This document shows, in pieces, positions 32,780 to 45,635 of a stretch of 64,000 nucleotides of DNA (position 1 is its first letter; every line of letters begins with the position of its first letter). Both the position numbers and the translations under genes were made by a program. The notes below the pieces were generated by a model that saw only the letters and a list, made by a program, of their open reading frames with translations, did no database searches and was not told where the DNA came from. The DNA comes from Eledone cirrhosa (taxonomy: Eukaryota), in NCBI GenBank assembly GCA_964016885.1, contig OZ024760.1, positions 11,904,001-11,968,000 of the forward strand, in the 5' to 3' direction.

Positions 32780-33160
32780 ATGGGCCGAACGTGGAAGAGC
32801 CGAACTCCCACTGTCATCGCTCCACCATCTCTCTGTATGGTGAGCAAATGGGGTCCCACGTGCTGGCATTCCCACAGCCCCAGCGGACAGAATAGAGAAG
32901 GCGTTTCCCCGGAGGATGCTAAGGGAGACGTGCTGGAAGAGCCATTCCAACTCGTGAGACTCACACCTGCGGCTGGCCAGCTCAGCGCCTATGGTGGTGA
33001 GTAGGGAGGTAGCCCTAGTGCCGAGGACACCAGAAGTCTCCACTGCCAAGAGCACGACTACAAACCTGTCGGAGAGCGGCCAGTACTTGGAGAGTTTGGC
33101 CTCCTCAGCCCATGCAGCAGAACCTGGGTTAGTCGCAGACTACACCAGGTTGCGGCTTCT
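32780..33160 (-). mobile_element. CRE-clade (restriction-like endonuclease) non-LTR retrotransposon C-terminal fragment
   Basis: AEEAKLSKY...LAVETSGVLG...LFQHVSLSILRGNAFSIL resembles the CRE/RLE terminal motifs K..KY, P.A.ET.G and QR.S.A.QRGNA. Confidence 0.75.
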
Positions 33161-33864
33161 ACATATATATACAGTGTACCCCCAACCTTCGCGATCCTGA
33201 CCTTTGCAGTCCTGACATTCACGGTCCCGACCTTCAAAGCTGTTTTTAGATATATTCTGCTAAATCATTACAAAATGAACCTTATATATGCAGCATTTAG
33301 AAAAAAAAATGACTGCAACATGTTAAAAATGAAGTCTTTACTCTAATACTCCAAATTTTTGTAAGCTGTCCAGGCATCGGCAACCTTTTACGAGAAGTGG
33401 GCCACATGAGATATGGCTCATCATCAGGCAGGTCGCAAGCGCTAATTTACATTCATGCCCACATTAAAAAAAAAAGGGTGGTAACTCAGGTTGTTTGGAT
33501 TTGTTTCTTCAGAAACCTGAGTTACCACCCTTTTTTTCCTCGATCGTAAAAATGATAGAAAGATAAATTATGACTGAGAAGTTGGGGTAAAAAAAACAAA
33601 GATTTCACTTAGGTGACTTAGGCGAGCCATTCAGAAAGCTTTGGGTGCTGCAGGTTGCCCATGACTGCTATAAACATTTGAATTAAACAGCTTAGACAAA
33701 GAGGATGTTAAGAGATAGATTTTTTGTTGTTGATTATTTGCTCACGCTCAGAGTTGCTGAAGCATGGAAGAAACTACCTGCTTTAGTTGTTAGCTGTCAA
33801 GACACTGCATCCTTTAAAACCTCCATACTTCCTGAAATTATTATTATTATTATTATTGCTGTAG

Positions 33865-34017
33865 GTGAGTGGGGTCCATGGGGTGGATGGTCATCGTGTT
33901 CAGCGCCATGTGGAAAAGGTCAACTGAAAAGGTATCGTGAATGTTTACCGATAAATCGCTACTGCCCTGGCAATTACAGTGACCGTGTTATTTGTGTGAA
34001 AAGGATCTGTGACCAAG
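33865..34017 (+). CDS. TSP1-EGF-TM protein, TSP1 repeat 5
   Basis: WGPWGGWSSCSAPCGKGQLKRYREC...; gctgtag| ... G|gtaag; 153 bp, phase 1-1. Confidence 0.93.
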
Positions 34018-35454
34018 GTAAGTTTGTCTCTGCTACTACTTAATTACAGTGGATCGTGATGGCTTGGCAGAATTGGTCGGTAGAGCATCAGATAAAATGC
34101 CATTGTGGCATTTGTTCTGGCCCTTTACACTCTCAGTTGAAATGTCGTTGAGGTCAACTTAGCCTTTCATCCATCCAAGTTCGATAAAATAATGTACCAG
34201 TCATGTACTGGGGTTGATTTAATTAACTTTGCCCTTCCTACATGGTCATGTAGGTGTCACAACAAAAAATACCCAGTCCACACTGTGGTTGGTGTTAGGA
34301 AGGGAACTCAGCCGTAGAAACCAAGCCAGAAACTGTTCTGTGTGGGCAAGACATGGTCATCTGATCTGGCTTGTCTCACAACGGGACAACTCGTCTATGC
34401 TAGCATGGAAAAATTGATGTTAAACAGTGATGATGATGATGGCAGTGATGGTGATGGTGACGATGATGGTGATGGTGACGATGGTGGTGATGGTGATAGT
34501 GATGATGAAAGATGGTGATGATAATGATAATGATGATGATGATGATTTACTATATTTCATCTCTCTCCTTTTGTATTGTTTTCCTTTTGTAGAGATAGTT
34601 TTAAAAACAACCACCACCCTACAAGGGAAATTAACAAAACTAAAATGTTGCGATCAGAAAAAGTGTCATAGAGCTCAGTATAAATGGTTAATGCCAGATG
34701 GACAGATGATTAAACATAACAATACTTCAGAAAACAGGTAAATATCTCATCATTTATCGGTAGAGCATCAGATAAAATGCCATTGTGGCATTTGTTCTGG
34801 CCCTTTACACTCTCAGTTGAAATGTCGTCGAGGTCAACTTTGCCTTTCATCCATCCAAGTTCGATAAAATAATGTACCAGTCATGTACTGGGGTTGATTT
34901 AATCAACTTTGCCCTTCCTACATGGTCATGTAGGTGTCCCAACAAAAAAAAACATCCAGTCCACACTGTAAAGTGGTCATGTAGGTGTCACAACAAAAAA
35001 TACCCAGTCCACACTGTAAAGTGGTCATGTAGGTGTCACAACAAAAACTACCCAGTCCACACTGTAAAGTGGTCGTGTAGGTGTCACAACAAAAAACACC
35101 CAGTCCACACTGTAAAGTGGTCGTGTAGGTGTCACAACAAAAAACACCCAGTCCACACTGTAAAGTGGTCGTGTAGGTGTCACTAGCAATATATCATGCG
35201 ATTTTATTATGATACATGTGGCTGAGTGGTTAGAGAATTGGATTCGCAATCGTGAGGTTGTGAGTTCAATTCCCGGACCAGGCGATGCGTTATGTCCTTG
35301 AGTTAAGACACTTTATTTCATGTTGCTCCTTCTACCTGGAGTTGCAACCGATAGATAGTATTAACAATTGGAAAGACCAATGGAAACGTTGTTTCCTCGG
35401 TCCGATTTGACGAAAGTTGATAGTTCCTTTAATGATCATATCATAATATGGAGC

Positions 35455-35622
35455 AGGCATGTCAAACATGCGGCCCTTTACAAGCAAACCTGTGGCCCCC
35501 ACACAGAGGTTTTTACAGCGCGAGCGTAATATATATAATAAAAAATATTAGTTGTAATGTGCGCAATTAGTTGTCATATGTGACCCATGTGGTCCTCAGA
35601 GAGCCCTAACTTTGACATGCCT
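35455..35622. mobile_element. hAT-type MITE. Similar elements at 33370-33668 and 54235-54420
   Basis: TIR caggcatgtcaaa / tttgacatgcctg with internal cggccc motifs. Confidence 0.65.
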
Positions 35623-36469
35623 GATATAGAGAACTAAACATCATCACCCTCATCGTATTTATTGATGTCTCTGTGCTGGAAGAAGGTGTTCATAATAGAG
35701 AGTCCAACCATTTTCTACGGTCGTAAATCTTGGGTAATGACCAAAAGAATACAAGCGCAAGTATAAGCGACTGAAATGGGGTTCCTCCGAAGGGTCTTTG
35801 GAGTAACATTACTCGATAGAGTGCATAGCTCGGAGATGAGAGAGTCACTCCAGGTAGAGCTGCTACTTCTCTGAATTGAGAGATCACAGCTCCGATACTA
35901 TGGACATGTGGATAGAATGTTTCAGGAAAGAATCGCTGGACAGATTTTACGTGAAAAACCAACAGGCAGGAGAGCCAGGGGGTAGACCCCGAGCAAAGAT
36001 GGTTGGATAACATCCATGAGCTTGGCTGGTCTTGTTTGGGGATCCAGCTGGTTTCAATTGGAGATGGTTGCTTCTGACAGGACCTGCTGGAAGGAGAGTT
36101 TGAGGAGGACTCTGCCCTCCGTGACCCTCTCAGGAATAAGTGGCCAAAGAAGAAGAACTTTACCATTCCTGCATTCCCATTGCTAGCCTTGTGTCTGAAT
36201 TTGAAGCAATTAATAATTCCATGAACTACAGGAAATTTCAAAAGCAATTAATTCTATCATGTTTTAAATTCTAGATTCTATGCAGTCCATGAATTTCTAA
36301 TCATTGAAAAAACTCAGAGGAAAGACGACGGAATTTATCGATGTCTAAAGATCAATGGCTCATCGAGAGAAGGATTTAAATTACCTTTAAGTAATCCCTA
36401 GTTGATTGATTAAATATTTTAGGCAATTCCTTTTCAAAATTCCTTTATTTACAGTATTTTTAGTAATTA

Positions 36470-38050
36470 TGTGTATATGTGTGTGTGTGTTAGTGTGTGT
36501 GTGTGTATATGCATTCATGTGTTAGTGTGTGTGTGTGTGTGTATGCATTCATGTGTTAGTGTGTGTGTGTGTGTATATATGCATTCGTGTTAGTGTGTGT
36601 GTATATGCATTCGTGTTAGTGTGTGTGTGTGTATATATATGCATTCATGTTAGTGTGTGTGTATAAACATTCATGTGTTAGTGTGTGTGTGTATACATAC
36701 ATTCATGTGTTAGTGTATGTATGTATGTGTATGTATACATACATTCATGTGTTAGTGTATGTATGTATGTGTGTGTATACATACATTCATGTGTTAGTGT
36801 ATGTATGTATGTGTGTGTATACATACTTCATGTGTTAGTGTATGTGTGTGTATACAGACATACATACATACACTAACACATGAATGTATGTATACACACA
36901 CATACACTAACACAGTGTATGTGTGTGTATACATACATTCATGTGTTAGTGTATGTGTGTGTATACATACATTCATGTGTTAGTGTATGTATGTATGTAT
37001 GTATGTGTGTGTATACATACTTCATGTGTTAGTGTATGTGTGTGTATACATACATTCATAACACATGAATGTGTGTGTATACATACTTCATGTGTTAGTG
37101 TATGTATGTATGTGTGTGTATACATACTTCATGTGTTAGTGTATGTATGTGTGTGTATACATACATTCATGTGTTAGTGTATGTATGTGTGTGTATACAT
37201 ACATTCATGTGTTAGTGTATGTATGTGTGTGTATACATACATTCATGTGTTAGTGTATGTGTGTGTATACATACATTCATGTGTTAGTGTATGTATGTAT
37301 GTGTGTGTATACATACATTCATGTGTTAGTGTATGTATGTATGTGTGTGTATACATACATACATACACTAACACATGAATGTATACACACACATACACTA
37401 ACACATGAAGTATGTATACACACACATACATACATACATACATACACTAACACATGAATGTATGTATACACACACATACACTAACACATGAATGTATGTA
37501 TACACACACATACACTAACACATGAATGTATGTATACACACACATACACTAACACATGAAGTATGTATACACACACATACATACATACATACATACACTA
37601 ACACATGAATGTATGTATACACACACATACACTAACACATGAATGTATGTATACACACACATACACTAACACATGAATGTATGTATACACACACATACAC
37701 TAACACATGAATGTATGTATACACACACATACACTAACACATGAATGTATGTGTATACATACATTCATGTGTTAGTGTGTGTATGTGTGTGTATACATAC
37801 TTCATGTGTTAGTGTATGTATGTATGTGTGTGTATACATACTTCATGTGTTAGTGTATGTATGTATGTGTGTGTATACATACATTCATGTGTTAGTGTAT
37901 GTGTGTGTATACATACATTCATGTGTTTATGTATGTATGTGTGTGTATACATACATTCATGTGTTAGTGTATGTGTGTGTATACATACATTCATGTGTTT
38001 ATGTATGTATGTGTGTGTATACATACATTCATGTGTATGTGTATATCTAT
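36470..38050. repeat. Compound ~30-38-bp satellite (gtatacatacattcatgtgttagtgtatgt) with internal orientation flips
   Basis: Units are inverted (cactaacacatgaat) at ~36865-36915 and ~37360-37745. Confidence 0.92.
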
Positions 38051-38121
38051 GTATTAATAATACTAACAATATAATTGTTTCTTTTAATGTCTCTATAATA
38101 TGTATTGTCGTTATTATTCAG

Positions 38122-38253
38122 TTGTTCTTACGTGTGACATGAAACCTTGTAACAACAGAGGGGAATGTAAAGATGTATATTCTCCAAATACACACCTCTT
38201 TAAATCTGTTTGTCACTGTAATGAAGGTTATGTTGGTAGTAGATGTCAAAAAG
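38122..38253 (+). CDS. TSP1-EGF-TM protein, EGF domain
   Basis: CDMKPCNNRGECKDVYSPNTHLFKSVCHCNEGYVGSRC (six-Cys EGF, CxCxxGYxGxRC); ttcag| ... G|gtgag; 132 bp, phase 1-1. Confidence 0.93.
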
Positions 38254-38264
38254 GTGAGTTAATA

Positions 38265-38600
38265 TTTACATTACTCTATATACACTATTGTATTTTCACA
38301 GTAAAGGCTTTACCTCACATAACATTTACATTACTCTATATATACTATTGTATTGTCACAGTAAAGGCTTTACCTCACATAATATCTCACATAACATTTA
38401 CATTACTCTATATATACTATTGTATTTTCACAGTAAAGGCTTTACCTCACATAACATTTACATTACTCTATATATACTATTGTATTGTCACAGTAAAGGC
38501 TTTACCTCACATAATATCTCATAACATTTACATTACTCTATATACACTATTGTATTTTCACAGTAAAGGCTTTACCTCACATAGTATTTACATTACTCTA
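38265..38600 (+). repeat. Third MITE-derived 60/72-bp satellite array, just after the EGF exon donor
   Basis: Same unit as 14838-16560. Confidence 0.9.
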
Positions 38601-38923
38601 TTACTACAAAGTTTCACAACAATCTGTCCACTAGCAAAGTCACTATAAACATTTGAATTAACAAACCATATGAAACCACATTAGCAAGACATTCTTGAAA
38701 ATTACATAACAGTGACTGCATCACATTAAAAATTAAAATATTTACAGTAAATACTGCAAAGTTTTACAACAATCTGTCCACTAATAACAATAATACAATC
38801 ATTTAAATTACCAGGCCCCGTTTTTAGATATTTTCTGCTGAATCATTACAGGATAAAGAGTTAGTTTTTTTCTCTTGTCTGTTAAATTTGACAGTAAATT
38901 TTAATTTACACATTCTTTTTCAG

Positions 38924-39029
38924 ATAAAACATCAATATTTTCAAGTAAATTTGCAATAATTTTGGCAACGCTTTTGGTTATCCTGGTTTGTATTATTCTT
39001 GTAATATTACTGGTATATTTCTGTTATAG
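38924..39029 (+). CDS. TSP1-EGF-TM protein, transmembrane exon (absent from the ORF track)
   Basis: DKTSIFSSKFAIILATLLVILVCIILVILLVYFCY; tttttcag| ... AG|gtaagt; phase 1-2. Confidence 0.9.
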
Positions 39030-40011
39030 GTAAGTCTGAATTCTAAACCTCAAAATCAAATAATAATAAACTAGCATTATTTTGTTTTTGCCTTTCATCC
39101 TTACGGGTCGATAAAATAAAGTACCAGTAATGTACTGGGTAATTGCTGGCCTTGTGCCAAAAGTTGAAACAAATATTTTGTTTTTGCATAAAAAATGCTT
39201 AACCCTTTTCATTACTACATTTCTAATGAAATATACTTTCAATTACTTAATGAAGAATTTTGAGGGATTTACTAAAATTATTGATTATTTCATTACTGAG
39301 ATAGTAACTTAACCCTTTCATGACCACATTTCTAATGAAATACAATCTATTACAATTAATTAATGAAGAATTTTGAGGGATTTTATATAAGAACCTCACA
39401 TTATGATGGAAGATTTTTATTTAAATTGGAAACCTTTAATATGGGTGGTTTTATTTCATAGGACCAGGGCTGGTTTTGGCTGGGTTGGTAACTAAAGGGT
39501 TAAAATGGGTGGTTTTATTTCATAGGACCAAGGGTTAAAATGCTTGTAGTAAGATTTAAGAGGATGTTTTGCCTCTAAAAAAGGCTGACTCACTACAACA
39601 TGTATTAACTGTGGTATAATTAAATAAAATCAAGGATATAACAATATGAAGTAAAAAAAAAAATGAATAGAAATCACCTGAATGAATCAAACCACTGTAG
39701 TATGACGGAGGGCTGTGTTACCACTACTTCAAGAGATATCCTACCCCTTCTTTGGGTTTTTATTGAGGTTCATTCAGTGGTGGGCAGAGGCTAGGTAATA
39801 CCCTGAGCCAACTCCTTGATTGTATGCCCTTAAAACTCAATTAGAGGGCCAAGTAGTGAAGAATGTGAACAAGGCAGACATTTTAAATACGTAAAAATTT
39901 ATGAAACATGAATGGCGGAAATCTGTTTAAAATTTATACACACAAACATATTTATTCACACAATGCCTTTCCTACATCAGTCACATTGCTATGTTTCTGT
40001 TTGTTTTTCAG

Positions 40012-40252
40012 AAGGAGAAAATTGAAGAAAAATTTTGATAGCAAAATGAATATCTTGCTAGAATTTGATCACGACAACTCTTTCCTCGCGAATGATAAGC
40101 ATTTTGATTGTCATGAAAGTAGTGGAATGGACGGATCAGAGATGTATTCTCCTGAGTTGATTTATCCTGGGAGAGCGAGTGCCGTTCGTGCAACTAATTT
40201 ACAATCGGCCACAGATAGTTATCTACACCCGAGTTCTGAAAGAATAGAATGA
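40012..40252 (+). CDS. TSP1-EGF-TM protein, terminal exon (cytoplasmic tail)
   Basis: tttttcag|A AGG AGA (phase 2) gives RRRKLKK stop-transfer...MYSPELIYPG...DSYLHPSSERIE*. Confidence 0.88.
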
Positions 40253-42686
40253 GTGATTTACAGAGAGAAATTATACTACGTCAGCCCCCCAACCAAACTT
40301 AAAGAGAGAGAAACAATCATTTTGTTTTGTTTTTTTTGTGTGTGTTTTTTCCTGCCTGTTCATAAATAATATCATTCATACAAGATACTCCAGAAATTTA
40401 ACTACACTAATCACTCATCTTGTGTTGTTAAAAGCTGCTCTTTTGATCTTATTTAATTCAGGTGTTTATTACCTTCACACAAATTGTGATGTTAACATAA
40501 ATCATTTGAAAGAAGCTCCTTAATTCCTCTTCAAACCCCCTTTTTTTTTTTTTTTTTTTTTTTCTTTACATGCATAAACATGCATAATCGAATGAGGAGA
40601 AGAAAGACAGCATTGTTTCCAAGAAAAAAAAGAAACCCATAAAACATATCGACAAAACATGTTAAATAAATGAAGAATATTTAATTGTGACCGGGCAACA
40701 AATGTTCAGTCAAGATGGAGCTGTGAGACTATAATTTAGAGGAAATTATTGTTAAAAATAAAACGTAGACGACAATGAAAGATTGATTTAGATGCAGAAT
40801 GAATTTGAATCAATCAGACTTTTTATTACAGCTTTCCATGATGATTTATCAGAAAATGACGGGGAAGACATATTAGGTGGTGGAATAACTCATTCTAAGT
40901 TTTGTTAGATAAAGGATCTTTAAGTATGTTCTAAAGACAATCGAAAACCAACCAAGAAAGACAAAAAAAGAGAAAAAAAGAAAACTAGAAAAATAGAAAA
41001 ACTAGAAAATTAATCATTCTATCATATCTTCCAGGTTCATCAATGAAGATTCATTATACAATAAATCTCTCTAATATTATTTCAGTTGTTTGTTCTCTGT
41101 ACACGTTTTGTTTTTAACCCTTTCATTACTATATTTCTAATCAAATAAACTCTATTGCAATTAGCTAATGAAGAATTTTGAGGGATTTACTACAATTATT
41201 AATTATTTCATTACCACATTTCTAATGAAATAAACTCTGGTAATGTTGCGAGTGTGTAGATAACCCCTGGTGCTGAAATGACCCCTCACACCACTTCTTT
41301 TTTTCTTTCCTTTATCGTTATTGTTCAATAAATTATATTATAATTATTATACACGGTTTAGACATTAGATTTATCATTTCATTTTACGTCCACTTTTCCC
41401 TGCTTGCAAGGGTGGGACGGGAACTGATTCTGGCTAGATTTCTACAGCTGGATGCCCTTCCTAACACCAACCTCATTTACAGTGAGTGCTGGGTGCTTTT
41501 TTGCCATGGCACCTCCACGACCACTTTGCAGTGGAATGATATACATTTCTACAGCTGAGTAAACTGGAGCAATGTGAAATAAAGTGTCTTGCTCAAGGAA
41601 ACAACACATCACCCAGTCTGAGAATTGAACTCACAACCTTTTGATTGCAAGGCCAATGCTCTAACCACTAAGCCATGTGCCTCTATATATATATATAATT
41701 TGAAAGTGTTTAAGGAAATCTGACATACTTAAGGACCTAATATATTGGGTCAAGTATAAAATTTGTAGAAATGTTTTTTTTTCTACAAATTTCATACTTG
41801 ACGACCTAATATTTACATAAAGTTATTTCAGTTTGTTTATTTTTGTAGAAGAAATGGAAGGGAAAGTTTTATTTTAACCAACATTTCGATATATTTAAAT
41901 ACTAACATAAATAAATACAAATTCTTCCACAAGTTTATATTAGCAAGTCACTAAATTACACCTAACAGAAGTCAATATATATTATAAAGTAGTATATCTT
42001 TTATTCAGTTGTAGAAATAACATTATTTTTTCATATAAAAGTTTGATAAATATATAATATAATAATAAATATATTTAATGAATATATGACATAATAATAA
42101 ATACGGAGTTATCAAGTTTGAAATTTGTAGAAAAAAAAAAAGAAGAAATTTCTACAAATTGACGTCCTAATACATTTAATAAATAAATGACAAAAATAAA
42201 TATATTGTGAGTATGATGTGACCGGAAGCTGGGGAGTGCTCGACCGGAAGGGTGCTCGTGCTTGACCGGAAGAGTGCTTGGCCGGAAGGGTGCTCGACTG
42301 GAAGGGCCAGCAGATCGCTCTAATGGTGACCAGGAACGGTGTGGACGCGAGTTTGGCAGCGCCCGGGTGTTAATGAGTTGGACACACATGGAAGAGGAGA
42401 AACCAGCCATGGGGTTTAGTGTCGCCTATGAAAAGCGGTAAGTGAGATAGTTTTTTTCTAACCAGATATATTTGATAAATATATTACATGATAATAAATA
42501 TATTTGATAAATATATAATATAATAATAAATTTCGTTTCTGAATTTGTTTAGCAAGATTATCTGAAAACGTGTGTTGAAACCGATATTGTTATACTTTAT
42601 AGCTGTCAGTCGAAAGCAAATAATAAATATATTTGATAAATATATAATATAATGATAAATATATTTGATAGATATGACATAAGAAA

Positions 42687-43095
42687 TCGTCAAGTATGAA
42701 ATTTGTTGGTTTTTTTCTACATATTTCTACAAATCTCGGCACTACAACGACACTATTAGCTGTCAGTCGAAAGCAGCCGATGAAAGCAAAACTTCGTTTA
42801 TTTCCGTATTACTACCACGAGTAAGTGGAGTTGTTGTTTTTTTTCTAATTAACTTAAATTTGTTTTCTAATTTGGCCCTTTTAAAGGCCACCTATATTTT
42901 CATTTAAGTAACTCCACTTACATTGATATACTTTAATAAAAAAAATAAATAAACGCGTTAAACCTCCACTTACGCGTGGTGGGAGTAATACGGAAATAAA
43001 CGATGACGAATGACGTCACCTTCGCCTGCTTCCGTCGGCTGCTTTCACGACCGACAGCCAACAGCGTTGTAGTGCCCCAGTTTCATACTTGACGA
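42687..43095. mobile_element. Mariner-type MITE with long imperfect inverted arms; short palindromic relative at 41743-41810
   Basis: Termini tcgtcaagtatgaaa / tttcatacttgacga; internal arms cgtttatttccgtattact / agtaatacggaaataaacg. Confidence 0.7.
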
Positions 43096-43357
43096 TCCAA
43101 TAAATATGACATGAAAATAAAGTATATATATAAACTTTATTTCATAAATACATTACAAATCGTTTGCAATTCTTATTTGATGATGTATGACAAGTATATA
43201 ACATAAAAATAAATATATTTGATAAATATGTAAGAAGAATATAATATAATACTAAATATATGACAATTATATAATATAACTTACCTTCGCCGTGGTGTCG
43301 TCTGTTGTGGTCAAGGTTGGACTTAGTAAATGTGAGGGTCACTGCTTTCGTACCAGA

Positions 43358-43735
43358 TGCCTCGCCATCACCCAGCCTTATGTCCGTGAGGGGTGCTTGG
43401 CTGTTTCAGTACCTTAGCCTCGCCATCACCCAGCCTTATGCCCGTGGTGAGGGGGTGCTTGGATGTTTCAGTACCTTAGCCTCACCATCACCCAGCCTTA
43501 TGCCCGTGGTGAGGGGGTGCTTGGCTGTTTCAGTACCTTAGCCACGCCATCACCCAGCCTTATGCCCGTGGTGAGGGGTGCTTGGATGTTTCAGTACCTT
43601 AGCCACGCCATCACCCAGCCTTGTGTCCGTGAGAGGTGCTTGGCTGTTTCAGAATCTTAGCCTCGGCATCACTCAACCTAATGTCCGTGAGGGTACTCGG
43701 CTGTTTCAGTACCTTAGGCTCGCCACCTCCCAACT
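43358..43735. repeat. GC-rich ~60-bp minisatellite, ~6 copies
   Basis: gcctcgccatcacccagccttatgcccgtggtgagggggtgcttggctgtttcagtacctta repeated. Confidence 0.9.
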
Positions 43736-44116
43736 CGATGTATGTCTGAATATGTATTTTTGTAACTGTCTATGCATTTATATTTATATACTTATACATA
43801 TAAATGCACACACACACACACACACACACAACCCCAGCGTTTTGAAGAAAAACTTCTAGTATATAAAATTACTCAAGAACAGATCTCAAATTTTGGTCAA
43901 CAAAATTTTGCTTTTAGTCTTCTGACCAGAGTTAGAACATAAAACAAGCTGAAAGATTTCAGAAATAAATTCTCACAAAACATTTTTGGGTTCAAATTAT
44001 TTTATTCATTGATTTAAATAAAGTGAAACAAAATTAAAGTAAAGAAGTTTTAGTTCCCCAAAAACATTATTTTAAATGCAATAGGATTTCTTTGATGACA
44101 TTTAGCATTAGGTAAA

Positions 44117-44122
44117 TTTATT
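44117..44122 (-). promoter_or_regulatory. Candidate polyadenylation signal (AATAAA) of the annexin gene
   Basis: First AATAAA on the - strand, ~70 nt after the stop. Weak evidence in AT-rich DNA. Confidence 0.35.
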
Positions 44123-44190
44123 TTCACGAGACAGAAGGAATGAAAAATTTTACTTTTCTATTTGAAAATATGTCAACGTTATTGTAGAAC

Positions 44191-44310
44191 TCAACAAATT
44201 AATTGAAGGAGGACTCGTTTGTAATCCCCCCCACATTCGCCATCAATATATTCAGCAAGGGAACACTCATATTTTTCTTGAAATTTTTCTTTTATGCAAG
44301 CCAGATCAAT
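44191..44310 (-). CDS. Annexin, last exon
   Basis: IDLACIKEKFQEKYECSLAEYIDGECGGDYKRVLLQLIC*; tttcacag acceptor, phase 0. Confidence 0.95.
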   Translation of the reverse strand: MDLACIKEKFQEKYECSLAEYIDGECGGDYKRVLLQLIC

Positions 44311-44340
44311 CTGTGAAAAAGAAAGAATAGACATTATATA

Positions 44341-44378
<38 letters not shown>

Positions 44379-44381
<3 letters not shown>

Positions 44382-45213
44382 GGTGTGGACGATATTTGTT
44401 CGCAATTTTCAACTGCTAATTTTATGCAAATTTTTTTTATTTCCGTTGTCACTCTTGTCTTCATAAAAACAGTGACTATATTTCCATTATTTATTTTCAG
44501 AATAATTGATTATGAATAATTTTGAACCTCCAAATTTGTGGAAGTGACAGTTCTTCTTGGAATCCGCGCCGGGAAGACAAGTAAGGCCAGAAGATCAACT
44601 CTCAGAACAACAGGTGGCTCGCTGTCTCATCCAAAGACGTGCCCAGAGTCATGCAGACGAAGTTTCCAGCGACAACATTTGTCTTAGGTGACATCATGCC
44701 ACCTCACTTCTTCCCTGAGGACCTCAAGCTGAATACCGATGGCTACATCCGCGTTCTGAGCGAGGTAGTAAAGCCCTGGATCGACCAGGTAGCTGCAGGT
44801 AGGCTTTACGTGTGGCAGCAAGACTCAGCACCCTGCCATACCAGCCGAAAGACCCTTGCCTGGCTGTCAGAGAACTTCGTCGACCACACTTCACCTGACA
44901 TCTGGCCTCCCAGCTTGCCTGACCGCAACCCCCTCAACTTCTTTGTGTGGGGCGCAGTGGAACAAGACACCAACAGATCTAGCTGCAGTATGAAAGACTA
45001 TCTGAAGGCTAGGATCACAAGTGCCTTTAGGGGCCTAAGTCAGGGGACGAAGGCCTGTAGCCGGTTCCGAAGCCAATCTCGGGTTTATCGAGTGAGATTG
45101 AAAGAACAAGTCATGGAGAAAAACTGACCCAAGTTTGATAAGTAAATGTTAAAAATAAAACTGTTATTTTTTCATAGACAGTAATCTTGCGAATAAATAT
45201 CGTCCGCACCCTG
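44379..45213 (+). mobile_element. Internally deleted Tc1/mariner element, DD37D (maT) type
   Basis: TA target duplication; TIR cagggtg(t/c)ggacgatattt.ttcgcaa; WQQDSAPCH...WPPSLPDRNPLNFFVWG with 37 aa between the second D and the third catalytic position (now N). Confidence 0.9.
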
Positions 45214-45248
<35 letters not shown>

Positions 45249-45593
45249 CTGTATATATATATATATATGTGTGTGTATGTATATGTGTATATATATGTAT
45301 ATATATATATATGTGTGTATCTGTATATATATATATATGTGTGTGTATGTATATATCATCATCATCAGGTTTAGCGTCCGTGTTCCACTATGTGTATATA
45401 TATATGTGTGTATATATATATATATGTATATGTGTATATATATATGTGTGTATATATATATATATATGTATATGTGTATATATATATGTGTGTATATATA
45501 TATAAATATATATGTGTGTATACAAAATAGAGAGAGGGGGGGAGCACCAAGTGAGATATATATATAGAGAGAGAAAGTGAACAGCATTTGTTT

Positions 45594-45634
<41 letters not shown>

Positions 45635-45635
<1 letters not shown>

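Noticed and set aside
33405-33432. CTGATGA on the - strand
   Set aside because: Inside a hAT MITE with no properly placed GAAA or stems.
28897-34741. Met/Val- or Asp-rich ORFs (28897, 34427)
   Set aside because: Translations of (GAT)/(GGT) trinucleotide repeats.
43358-43735. 60-bp repeat has GTGATGG...GAAAcagcc...ggctg on the - strand, suggesting tandem ribozymes
   Set aside because: Two core mismatches, no NUH triplet and no convincing stem II.
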